A stretch of 38,900 bases of DNA from NCBI RefSeq assembly GCF_001194135.2, contig NC_068981.1:106764219-106803118 (forward strand). Reading direction: 5' to 3'. This document shows positions 21,854 through 33,093 of the stretch, piece by piece; within the stretch, counting starts at the first letter, position 1, and every line of letters begins with the position of its first letter. The notes under the pieces are model-generated. The model was given only the letters and a program-made list of their open reading frames with translations, was not told the origin of the DNA and ran no database searches. The position numbers and the translations under genes were made by a program. Origin of the DNA: Octopus bimaculoides (Eukaryota).

Positions 21854-23169
21854 CGGTTTTCTGCTAGACATTTGATAATATTTTCACATTTGATTCCCAA
21901 TTCTAATGACTCTTATGATATTTTATATCTAATTATTTCTTTATATAATAGTGCACACTTGCTAAGTAAATATTGCTTTCATCATTTTATCACAGTTGTA
22001 ATCTCTCTTTTTTAAACAAACCTCACTGTAGTCCAACAACAGAGGGAGAAGCCATTTGTCAAGTTTTACCTTCCCCTCAAAGCAACATAGAAGTTTCATT
22101 TCAGCAGCCCATCTGTAAGCTTTGCAGCGTGCGCGTGTGAGAGAGAACATTGCAAACAATGAATGAAATAAACATGAAATGAAAAAATCATATAAATAAA
22201 AGGGCATTACTACAGATGTATATGCCCCTGACTTTGTTGCCTCATAATATCCAGAAAAATGGATATTTTTCAACAAGATTTTCTACATATGCCGCTTAGA
22301 TATTGTTGTTTCAGAGTATATAGGGATTTATGGGAAAGAATTTCACACAATCTGACATTTTCTCCTCATAACTTTCATAAAAATGGTTTTCTTTTAATGA
22401 AAGTTTATACAAATCCCTTTTAAATGGCATAGATTATGATTATTAAGAAATTTGTGGGGAAAATTTTGGTGGGGATTTCCCCCATCTTTTTTAAACCACA
22501 GCCTTCGAAATGATGGGGGTAGGTTGAGGGGTCATCTTTACACGTGAGAGTGAAAGTGGAGGGTGGTTTGGGTTGTGCTAGAAACAACAGCGAAACCTCC
22601 CTTGAATTGTTCACCTTTTCCTCTGAAAATATTTACTTTTTTAATTTTTTTTTATTAAAAAGGCTCCTCCTATGGTTTTTAAGTTAAAAAAGAAAATGGC
22701 CAGAATCGGTCCAGATAGTTATCATTGCAAGGCTTATAGTATTCCAAACAGCCATAACAACAAAATCACTTCTAAAGTTTTTTTTTACAAAACAAATTTC
22801 CATTCAGTAAATAGGGTTTTTACATTCCGTATACATTAATAGAATAAACTGTAGGTTTTCTAAATAGTGAATTAAAACTTGAAATGAAAATATTGAAACA
22901 GAAAGTGAGAGATTTGCAAATGAAAATGGAATACACCGCAGTGAATGCAACAACTATTTAAATTTGTGAGAAATTGGAGTTTAAAATCCAATAAAGTTCA
23001 GAAATCGAAATTATATGAAATTTCTTGGAACATGAATTAAAAAAAAAAAAATTTCTAAATGGTCAAGCCTTTAATCATTGCTTTCTTTTAGTACTCTAAG
23101 TAACTGTTATATACCTAATTAATAAGCAGCTTTCTGCATTATAATATAGATGTAAATTAATCTTTTCAG

Positions 23170-23221
23170 ATTTTATCCTGGAATAAATTCCAACTAATTG
23201 GTTAATGAAATTTGCTTCCAG
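23170..23221 (+). other. Candidate 52 nt exon (non-coding or start-codon exon) of an unidentified transcript
   Basis: Acceptor aattaatcttttcAG and donor ccAG|GTAAGT are both close to consensus. All three frames contain stops; an ATG at 23205 would give MKFAS. No supporting downstream exon was identified. Confidence 0.2.
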
Positions 23222-25540
23222 GTAAGTTATTAATTTCCTTTTAATTCATCCCCATTTTTTTTCAGAGTTTGTTTTCTCCTTTTTTTTTAATGTTAAATAA
23301 TTAAGATGCTAACCTCAATCCACAACCATTTCATAAGGTTGGCTTGATTGATTTTAGACAGACTTTCTTGATTGTAAAGTTAGGGAAAATTACAAGAACT
23401 GTGACTATGCTGCTATACTGTATCAGATGACATCTTGTGTTTGATGTAACTACTGTCATCTGTAATATTGCTGTAAAAGTAGTAGTTTAGTGCTGTAGTC
23501 ATTCTTTATTGTGATCAATTAAGATAGTTGTTGCTATGCAAATACATTTTGTTTCAATTCAGTGAATTGATGTACTTGTGAAAGCAAACCATAAAAGTGT
23601 ACTTTAATAAGGGAATGTCTGCTGTCAGAGAAGCAAGTATTTACATTGTAACATGAGAATTACAGACATAGTTTAGCCTAGTACACAAATGCTACCTCAC
23701 TTGGGAATAATTAGTGGTAGTTATGTTGAACAGAATTATATCAACTTTTCATATATAAAGACTGAAGTAGTTGATGGATAGAGAGGGGAAGAAAAAGAAA
23801 GAACATATTAAAATGATAATGTGGCCTATATAAAAAAGCTGTAGTCTTTAAAGAATTGATTTTCAAACTTTACTAATTCAGAGTTGAGATTTTTTAATGT
23901 AATTCTAGTAGTGTTCAACTTTAGTAGTGCTAGGTTAGCAGGTCTCTCCACTTCTCTTTCTCCTGTTAGCTTATGTGGTTAACCCCTTTTTCCATGTTGT
24001 TTTATTGATTGATTTCTACATGAACAGTGGATGTTACATTAGATTTCTTTAAAAAGAAAACCATCTCCAGCCTATAAAGAATTTGCTATTCAGTACTGGA
24101 GCTAATGACTTAAGAAACAAATAGATTATATTTTTGTGAAGTTGTTTAAATAAGCTAAAACTTATTTTCCAATGTGTAAATGAAGTACTAAGTAGAACTG
24201 AGAGAATGCATTAAGCCTCCCATTGAATACAAAATCCTGGCTAATATTGTGTTGGCATTGAATCCTCCTATCAGCTTCTCTTTGGCAGCAATGATATTTA
24301 AGAAAAAAAGGAAAAGAAAGAAGAAAAAAAGTTATTCATTCAGGTATTTTATAGTGATTTCATCTTTTTAGTGATGTACTATATAAGGTTCAAAGCAAAA
24401 TTTAACTCTGTGCTAATTCCTATTACTCTTCCAAGAAGAACAGAAAATGTTGCCCATCATCTTCTGCAGATGAACAATTGTGAAAAATTTAAGCTTTAGA
24501 TCTGAAATGTTAATAATTTAGAGTTTCAATACAAGATAAAAGTTTATTATACTACTCATATTAGTATGAATTCATATCACAATAAAAGTAAGCTAATGGA
24601 TTTCTATTCATTTTACAACTGGCAATAATGAATGATAAGTTTTGTAACTGAAATAGTAACTTATTATTCTTCCTCTTCATATAGAATTTTTTGTAGCATT
24701 TGCCTCGTTTGAATCATTCTTAGACACAAGATTTTTATAACTCCAGGCAGTGTTTCTGAGTGATCGTTCTATCTATATTATGTCACTGAGTAATGAAAGC
24801 TATTTCTATTGTTAAAATCATATAGAAAATAAGTCACAGCAAGTGTTTTCAATTGCTCATGACTATTTTATTATTGATCTATACTGTATACAGAAGCACA
24901 GAAAGGTAACTTTAAGATAGGCTAAACTAGTTAGGTTTCATTTATTCAGTGCTTTTCTCTCTTTTTTTCCCTTTTAAATAGATTTTAAAACATTGCTTCT
25001 TTCTTGGGGGTAAAATATATCTATATTTTTATCATCCATTTATTTATTTAAGTTTAAACTTTTTATTTCCTTATGTAAAGGCATTTATCATTTATAGAAC
25101 ACTTTATAACTTATTTCCTCTGGAATTGTGTCTGTAAAGGAGAAACATACACTCACTATTCTTTTGTTTTCCATTCTTCTGTTCCTTGTTTTCTCTTTCA
25201 GTCTTTCTCACTATAACTGCGATAATAATATTCGAAGTAGGTTATCTTTAGATCTGTTGAAATTCAGAGATGCCTTCCTTTAATTTTGTACATTTTCGTA
25301 AATTTGGTTATATTCCAATTTATCTTGTTTAGTAGTCTTGTGTGCTGTCCTCATAATTACTGATTTCTATATTCAGGCAGCTACTTTGGGAAATGGGTTT
25401 CTTAATACTTTGGAATCTGGTCTATGAGTATATCCATCACTTTAGAAACCTATTACCAATAATTTATAAAGAAGTACTAACATTTATACATAACTGCTTA
25501 AAAAGTTTATCTTTCATCTACCTTTTTGCCAACATTTTAT

Positions 25541-25600
25541 GATTTAAATAATCGATAAAAGGAGTTCATAAATGAACTCCTTTTATTGATCATTTAAATC
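25541..25600. repeat. Near-perfect 60 bp palindrome
   Basis: gatttaaataatcgataaaaggagttcat-aa-atgaactccttttattgatcatttaaatc: 29 bp arms with 2 transition differences. Confidence 0.95.
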
Positions 25601-26100
25601 TTTCTATTTTAAATTCTTAATCTATACTGAGTAGAATTTACATAAGACTTTTATTGATATTTTAGTTTATTTCTTTTATACTGTGTTGTGATTTGTTTAG
25701 TAGTTTTTTAAATTATTTTATTTTTTACCATTGTGGAATGATATAGGCTCCAGGCAAGTGAAGTCAACAACACTGTTTTGATTCCTAGTTACAGATTCAC
25801 TTTTCTTACCTGACAAATATCCTTCAGAATAGAACAGTCACATGAGCTCATTTTCCTTCCACCTCTAAAAAGTAGTATCCTTGTGTGTATACAAAAAATA
25901 AAAGCATCTTTTCCTGTTATGTTGAAATCATATCTGAACTGTTAATCTTTTGGTTGAGTTTCTTAAGTACTACTATCTCCTACAGAAGATAAATACTTAT
26001 CCCACAGCTAGTTTCTCTGATAAACTCTGTGCAACTTCAATTCATCTTCCCTCATTCTTAAAATTTGTTATTATATTATTATACACTACTTTATTTTTTA

Positions 26101-26583
26101 TCTTTTCAGTCATTAGACTGTGGTCATGCTGAGGCACTGCTTTGAAATTTTTTTAGTCAAATGAATTGACCCTAGTACCTTTTTCCTTTTTTTTTTAAAA
26201 AAGTCTGCTACTTATTCTATCAATCTCTTTTGCCAAACCACTAGGTTACAGTGACGTAAATGCATCAAGATCACTTGTCAAGCAGTGATGTAGGACAAAC
26301 ACAAATACAAAGCCACACACACATACATCACAAAAGACAATTATAGTCTGGCCAACTCCTGTCAAACCATCCAACCCATGCCAGCATGGAAAATGGGCAT
26401 TAAATGATAAATTATATATACACAGTAGGCTTCTTTCAGTTTCCATCTATCAAATTCACTCAAGGCTTTCGTTGACTTGAAGCTATTGTAGAAGACACTT
26501 GCCCAAGGAGCCACGCAGTGGGATTGAACCTGGAACCATGTGGTTGGGAAGCAAGATTCTTACCACACAACCAAACCTGCGCC
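26101..26583 (-). mobile_element. SINE family A, full length, with nested insert
   Basis: Tail (ttttcagtcattagactg), core (gaagacacttgcccaagg) and head (ttcttaccacacaacc) on the minus strand; a family-B 3' fragment lies at 26348-26410. Confidence 0.9.
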
Positions 26584-27856
26584 TTTGTTGAAAAAATAAA
26601 TAAACTAATGACTTCTGTTTAATTATCTTCATTTTTCATGACTTGATATGTTTTTTTTTTTAACACATAGTTTACAAATTTTTTTGTTTCATTTATTTTT
26701 GGGTGTGTTAAACACCCAGTATATTTTAATATCCTCATATATTGTTATAGTTTTATTGAATTAAGCAGGGGTGAACTTTTAATAACTGTTACAAACCATT
26801 GTCATGCCTATCTTCCTTGTTATCATCATCTTCATTCAAGTCTCTTCATTGTACACAGGCTCTATTTTGTGACACTTAGTTCTCATTTGAAAAGTGCAGT
26901 GTTATCGGTATGGTTGAAAATTTATCTACATTGTAGCTATAGTTAATGTAATGTCTCTTACATGTGTCATATGTAGCAAGTCCAGAGTTTCTCTTGACAC
27001 TTTCTACTCTTGGTAGCATAACTCTTGATCATTTAAAGTTATAAGGTTACTAAGAAGAAGTTAAGAATCTTTTGCAAATCACTGTTGGAAAATAATAATG
27101 TTTGGATATTACTCGTACTTTCTTTATAATTTTCTTGAACTCCTTCTCCTTTTTCCCCTGTAAGCCATTCTGTTACATAAATGTCAAAATTAGTATTGAT
27201 AAATAGCTATTTTCCAACTAAGTTTTACTACAATAAGCTGTTTGATTTAGTCATAAAATACATAAATGTATTATAATCAATCAATATATAGTTGTCCACA
27301 TTATTTAACTATTAGTTTTCATATAGATGGCATCTCTCTGTTATTTATTCTCTAAACAATTTTGCTTCAACAGGAATTGTGAAGTCTACACTTCACTGGT
27401 GTGGATATATTAAGGACGAAACATGTCGAAATAATTAAAATATTAGTCATTGGTTAATATGCTGCCCACACTATATAATTATATTTCTCTTCAAGCTTTG
27501 AATGTCTGCTGCATTAAATATGCTAACACCATTTTAATCAAGTAAACTGGGACAAGTTGTCTTTCTTGCCTAAGGAGACATCATAGTAGGGAACCAGTGA
27601 GGGAGATATTGTGTGGTTATGTGACCTGTTTGGTGTAGCATCAAAAACTCCCTCTACCATCTTAAATGAGGACACCTTATATAATGTAGTCTTACATACC
27701 CCTAAAAAGATTGGACGGTCATGGCTGGAATGCATTTCATTCTATGTTTGCTCAATTAGTGTTAACCAAGGTCTACACAACAGCAAGCATAATGCAATGA
27801 GCCAGCAAGGTAGCCTTGATATTAGTCAATGAAAGAGCTATTGCATGGCAGCTCAT

Positions 27857-27927
27857 CTTGTTAGAATTAGCAGGCAAATTCCCCTAAAATCACACCTGAC
27901 TGGTTTAGAAAAGGAAGGACACATTGG
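27857..27927 (+). repeat. Dispersed repeat fragment (GCTAGAAATAGCAGCCAAATC family), copy 4
   Basis: cttgttagaattagcaggcaaattcccctaaaatcacacc...aggacacattgg. Confidence 0.6.
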
Positions 27928-28040
27928 GCAATTTAGTCAGAGGTGCACTATGCCTGAATGTAATACATGTTAGTCCAGTGCTGGTGGATTTAAACAACAA
28001 AAACTGCAACCACAGAATACACATACATATATGTGATGTG

Positions 28041-28345
28041 TAGGCATAGTTGTGTTATGAAGTTTGCCTTGCAACCATATAGTTTCAGGTGACTACATGG
28101 TACTTTGGACATGTCTTCTATTCTGTCCCTAGGGTGACCAATACTTTGAGTGAATATTGTAGATGGAAGTTGTGTGGAAGTCTATCATTATGTGTGTGGG
28201 TATACATCTTTGTGCTTGTTCTTCTACTGCTTGACAAATGATGTCAGTTTGCTTACTTTCTGGTCAATAAATAATGATGTCAGTTTATTCAAGATGGTGT
28301 TCCAGCATGGCCAAAGTTCAATGACTGAAACAAGTAAAAGAAAAT
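28041..28345 (+). mobile_element. Decayed, internally deleted SINE family A
   Basis: Head taggcatagttgtg..aagtttgccttgcaacca, core tttggacatgtcttcta, tail ccagcatggcc...aatgactgaaacaagtaaaaga. Confidence 0.7.
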
Positions 28346-28781
28346 GAGAATATATACACATTCATATTTAAAAACTCTCGGCCATTGTACCTATTTGGAT
28401 GGCTTTCAGTTAGCTGTTATTTTCCTGTAATTTAGAATTTTAATATAAAGGTATTTCAACTTCAGTCAAAAATCTAAATCAGTAACTTTTAATGTAACCT
28501 TGGGCCAAAAAAAAAAAAAAAAAAAAAAACTTTGACTTCATTTGTAAATCTCAAACAATACCAAAGGACAAAATGAAGTTTTACTTCGAAATTTATATTG
28601 AATGAACTCTTTCCCCACACTCTCCTAACAGAGTTGTTCCAGTCAATTAGGCTTTCTCTTGACTGTTAATTATTGGATCCTCATAAACATTAAACAGTTT
28701 TGATGAGGCCTTTGAGTATGAAAAAAAAGCAAAGTATTATGGCAACATCTGACAACTTTCATAATTAAAGGAGAAAGTTTA

Positions 28782-29008
28782 AGGCAGTGAGCTGACAGAA
28801 ATATTAGCACACTGGGCACAATGCTTAGTGGTATTTTGTCTATCTTTACGTTTTGAGTTCAAATTCTGCTGAGGTTGACTTTGCCTTTCATCCTTTCAGG
28901 GTTGATAAATTAAGTACCAGTTGCATACTGGAGTCAATCTAATCGATTGTCCCCCTCCCCAAAAAATTTTGGGCCTTGTACCTAGAGTAGAAAAAAAAAA
29001 AAAAAAAA
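28782..29008 (+). mobile_element. tRNA-derived SINE (family C), full length with poly-A
   Basis: aggcagtgagctgacagaa head, gagttcaaattc B box, gactttgcctttcatcctttc body, ccttgtacctagagtag followed by an A-run. Confidence 0.9.
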
Positions 29009-29158
29009 TTAAAGTAGACAGTATTGTTTTAGTCTTTTTGTTTTAACATAAATCTGTAAATTATTACCTTTTTAATTATTCCTTTTGACTTACACTTATA
29101 GACATATAATCTGTTTTGATTTCTGTTTCTGTCTTTGTGTTGTTATTAGGGTGATAGA

Positions 29159-29373
29159 AAGTGGCAAGTTCACAGAGTTGTTAGCATGCTGGGCAAAATG
29201 CTTAGCAGCATTTTGTCCTTCTATATGTTCTGAGTTCAAAGTCCGCCGAGGGTTGATGTTGCCTTTCATCCTTTTGGGGTCAATGAAATAAGTACCAATG
29301 GAACACTGGGGTTGATGTAATCAATTTAACCCCTCCCCTGAACTTGCTGTCTATGTGCCAAAATTTGAAATCA
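29159..29373 (+). mobile_element. SINE family C flanked by a 16 bp direct repeat
   Basis: Homologous to 28782; ttattagggtgataga occurs at both 29143-29158 and 29374-29389. Confidence 0.85.
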
Positions 29374-29377
29374 TTAT

Positions 29378-29610
29378 TAGGGTGATAGATGACAGAATTC
29401 CTATAGCATCAACAAAAATGCTTTATGGTATTTGCTCGAGCTCTTTATGTTCTGGGTTTAGATATCACTGAGGTCATCTTTGCTTTTCATCCTTTTGGTG
29501 TTGGTAAAACATAATAGTACCAGTCAAATACTGGGCTCAGTGATATTGGTTAACTCTTCCCCTTAAAATTTCTGACCTCAATTAGGAGCCACTATCATTA
29601 TAATAATTAT
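29378..29610 (+). mobile_element. Older SINE family C copy
   Basis: gatgacagaa head, aatgctttatggtattt, ctttgcttttcatccttttgg, (ATT)-like tail. Confidence 0.7.
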
Positions 29611-29619
29611 TGTGATGTA

Positions 29620-29961
29620 AAGGCTCATGATTCAGTGGTTAGAGCATCAGGCTCACAATCATGAGGTAGTGAGTTCGATTCTCAGACCAAGCTGTGTGTT
29701 GTGTTCTTGAGCAAGATACTTCATTTCACATTGCTCCAGTTCAATCATCTGTAGAAATGAGTTGCGATGTAAATGGTACCAAGCTGTATTGGCCTTTGTC
29801 TTTCTCTTGAATAACATCAGTTGGGTGGAGAGGGAATGCTGGCATGCATGGGTGACTGCTAATCTTCCATGAACTTCCTCTCCCATACTTGGTACCTTGG
29901 AAGGGAACTTTCTAGGTGCAATCCCATGGTCATTCATGACTGAAAGGAGTCTTTACCCTTT
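29620..29961 (+). mobile_element. tRNA-derived SINE with CORE-like central domain (family D)
   Basis: A box-like tcagtggttagagc, B box gagttcgattct, then gtgttcttgagcaagatacttcatttcac..tcatctgtagaaatgag, resembling the CORE-SINE domain. Confidence 0.7.
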
Positions 29962-29966
29962 AATTA

Positions 29967-30185
29967 TTGTGATGGATTGGCAGAATTGTTTGAGTTTTGA
30001 AAAATTACCTTACAGTATTGTTTTATCTTTTTATGATCTTAATTGAAATTCTGCTAAAGTCATCTTTGTCATTCATCCCTCTGTGGTTGATTAAATAAAG
30101 TGCCTTCCATAGTGCTGGGGTCAGTATAATTGACTGTTCCTTTCCCGCTAAATTTCTGGTCTTGTGCCTCTGTTGGAAACAATAC
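29967..30185 (+). mobile_element. Decayed SINE family C
   Basis: gattggcagaattgtt head, ctttgtcattcatccc, aaatttctggtcttgtgcct tail. Confidence 0.65.
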
Positions 30186-30189
30186 ATAG

Positions 30190-30330
30190 TTGGTAAAATT
30201 ATTATAATGTCTCGTAACATTTCTATTGAGTTTTTTTACTTTCTGAGTTCAAATGCTACTGAGATCAACTTTGCTTTTCATCCTCTTCCCCCAAAGGTCA
30301 ATAAAAGAAAGTACTAATCAAACATTGGAG
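30190..30330 (+). mobile_element. Decayed, 3'-truncated SINE family C
   Basis: tctgagttcaaatgctactgagatcaactttgcttttcatcc. Confidence 0.6.
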
Positions 30331-30752
30331 TTTTTTGTTCCACCAGAGTTTGCAGAACATCCTCTTTGAGCTCTACAGATCTTCCAGGATGAGGCTCATC
30401 TTCTAGGCTGTAGTTTCCAGCTTGGAATTTCTGGAACCACTATTGACACTGGCTTACGCCTATTGTCCAATCCCCATATACTGCATTAATGTTCCTTGCA
30501 CTTTCCGTTGCATTGTTGCCTTTATTGAACTCATAAAGCAAAATATGCTGAATATGCTCCTTTGTCACTTCCATTATAGCTTTGAAAAAATAACTGTTCA
30601 AATCGAACTGCACTCTTCAAAACTTGCACTAAGAATAAGGGCATGGTAAAATTACTACCTGCTTTTATAGCAAGTTGATGCAGATAGTTTATCCCATCCG
30701 CCTCTGTTCATGCAGTAGCAAAAAACCGTATTATTTATGGGTTGACCCAGTA
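30331..30752 (-). mobile_element. mariner transposon 5' fragment (TIR plus transposase HTH region)
   Basis: Minus strand TA-ctgggtcaacccataaataatacggtttttt TIR-like start (30752-30720). ATG at 30574 gives MEVTKEHIQHILLYEFNKGNNATESARNINAVYGDWTIGVSQCQ*WFQKFQAGNYSLEDEPHPGRSVELKEDVLQTLVEQ, the Mos1/SETMAR-like HTH with WF.KF..G...LEDE...GR. One stop; truncated before the DDD domain. Confidence 0.9.
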
Positions 30753-31097
30753 TGTTCACCCCAAGGGCAACCATTATGTGACCATCCTGTTCTTATTTTC
30801 AGGCATAAGATGCACTGGACTATATTAGTCATTGTGTCTTTTGAAGACACTTGTGCATGACTTGAGAATGATTTTGCTTCTATTTTGAACTCATTAAATG
30901 ACCAGGTTGAAACTTTCATGTCCCACCCCACATAGAACTGCATTTGTTCTACTTAGTTTAGTTTCTTCCTTAGAGTGCCTTGAAATTCATTGCCATGTAC
31001 CTTTGAATTCTGATTTGAAATTTCTTTCATAGAGGTGATGACAAGTGATTGAGTCCTTTGGTGATTTACTCTGCCAAGTGAAACCATAGTCGTGGAT

Positions 31098-31278
31098 GGT
31101 GCCAGTGACATGTAAAAGGCACCCACTTCATTCTTGGAGTGGTTGCATCAGGAAGTATATCAAGCTCTAGAATCCAATCCAAATCAGACTGGAACTGGTA
31201 CAGTTCTTTGGCTCATCAGTTCCAATCAAACCGTCTAACTCTTACCAGCATGGAAAACAGATGCTAAATGATGATGCT
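31098..31278 (+). mobile_element. Decayed family B retroposon 3' part
   Basis: ggtgccagtgacatgtaaaaggcaccc ... ccagcatggaaaacagatgctaaatgatgatg. Confidence 0.7.
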
Positions 31279-31561
31279 GTTAATGATAATACTTCACAGG
31301 TTATTCACTTTACTTTTCAACCTCCTGGCTGACAATATGGTAACTGAAATATAGTTATTGAAGATAAAACATTTTTGGTAAATCCAGCTCAGTAGGAATC
31401 ATATTGGTAATAACTGAGGCCCAAGGTGATAAAAGCATCATTGTTTACTATTACTTTTACATTTTTGCAATATTGAAAGTGAAAGTGATAGGTTCATTAG
31501 TTGGTAGCCTCAGAGGGGCTACTCTCATTTAGGTAATCTTTAATATTTTATTTTTTTAAAG

Positions 31562-31660
31562 CATCATCATCAGCATTAACATCTGTTGTCCATAGGTTGG
31601 ACGGTTTGATCAGAGCTGGCAAGCTGGAGAGGTGCACCAGACTCCAGTCTGATTTGGTTT
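31562..31660 (-). mobile_element. Family B retroposon 3' fragment
   Basis: catcatcatc..ttaacatctg...ggttggacggtttga...gcaccagactccagtctgatttgg. Confidence 0.7.
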
Positions 31661-32351
31661 GTAGAGTTTGGTGAAAATATGAGCAAACTCAGAAAGTGCA
31701 TTGTTTGATGATGTTGGGACACAATCAGAATCAGTTATCTAATTGAGTAGGGGATGAGGGAAGAGGACCAGTTTGTCTTGTTAACTTACTGTGACTGAAG
31801 AGCTTGTCTGTGTGCATGCTCATGCTCAGACACATGCGCACACACACACACATCAATTCTAGTATTTCATTACTAAGTCATTTTGACAGGCGGTATCATT
31901 TGCCATTTTTCTCAACAAATAATTGATGAGCTCTGTTTTTGACAATTAGTGGTCAATGTCTGTAGCAGAATATCTTATTAAAAGGATGTCATTGTCTCTT
32001 TCTATTTGCTACAGATCATTTGTTTGGTCTTTTTTTTTTCCTGAGTGTGCGTTTTATTACTTTTAACACTCATTTTTCAGTCTCTCTTTTGTGTACTGAC
32101 AGATTCTTTTATTTTTGCTACTAGTAATTTTGAGATTTGATTTCCTTTGTTAAAAACTTGGTTGTTTTTCTTCTTTTGGTTTGACTGATCAAATTTCCAT
32201 ATTTAGAATTCTTACAGGAAAGAAATCAAATATTAAGTTAGATTGTACTTTTAAAACTTATCTTGAAAAAAATTTTAACCACATCACTTTTTGTAAAGCC
32301 AGTTCTTCACATTTTTCATATTATTATTGTTTTTATTCTTTATTTTTTTTT

Positions 32352-32855
32352 TTTATTGAGTGAGGGAGCAATACACACCATCAAAGTGACACTAGGATAC
32401 AAATATATGAAGCCCAATATTCCCATCATGACTACCTGTCTGATAAGGTTACACCTAGCAAATGCATCACAACTATGTGTACAATATGATGACCTCATAT
32501 CAAAATAAACAAGACATGACCTTGCTGGTAGGGCCCAGTTCTTCAGTTCAAGTAGCTCATCTCACTCAAAAGGTCTCTGAATAAGGATTAAGGATGATGA
32601 ATGAAACACCCATGTTTCCAGGAGTGAATTATTCAGACCCCAAAGAATATCCTTCAACTCCTGCTTGGGATCAGAGATGCATATATTATCACCTACTAAG
32701 GGACATGCTCAACTGGTTAAGGTCAAACAACTAACAAGCAAATCTGTGGTGTTGAGCAGAATATTTGCTGTAGCCCATCTTTTATACCAAAACAAAAACA
32801 ATGTATATGATAACTTCCAATCAGTTAAGATCAGAAGCCATGAGAGCCACTGCCT
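32352..32855. repeat. Probable interspersed repeat of uncertain class
   Basis: Sharp-edged, higher-GC block (catcaaagtgacactagg...agaagccatgagagccactgcc) that I recall as recurrent in octopus DNA. Single copy in this window, no coding motif. Confidence 0.4.
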
Positions 32856-32871
32856 ATTATTATTATTATTG

Positions 32872-33093
32872 GACAGATTGGCAGAATCATTACTTTCTCT
32901 AACAATATACTTTGCAGTATTTAGGTACAGTCTCTTACACTCAAATTCAAATCCCACCAAGGTTGACTTTGCCTTTCATCTTTCCAGGATCAATAAAGTA
33001 AGTAACAATCAAATACTGTGGCTGATATAGTTGAATTTTCCCAACTTCCAAAATTTCTGGTCTTGTGTCTACGTAAGAAATCATTATTATTAC
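32872..33093 (+). mobile_element. SINE family C
   Basis: gattggcagaatcatta head, aaggttgactttgcctttcatc, aaatttctggtcttgtgtc, (ATT)n tail. Confidence 0.8.

Noticed and set aside
24685-24905. Exon-like segment (AG...aag|GTAACT) reading FFVAFASFESFLDTRFL*LQAVFLSDRS...
   Set aside because: Two in-frame stops, no recognisable domain, and no consistent phase with neighbouring candidates.
17112-29700. tRNA-like heads as functional tRNA genes
   Set aside because: They lack complete acceptor stems and are embedded in repeat bodies.
30788-30826. tattttcaggcataagatgcactggactata, resembling a pogo/Tc2-type TIR
   Set aside because: Short, degenerate and with no partner TIR found.
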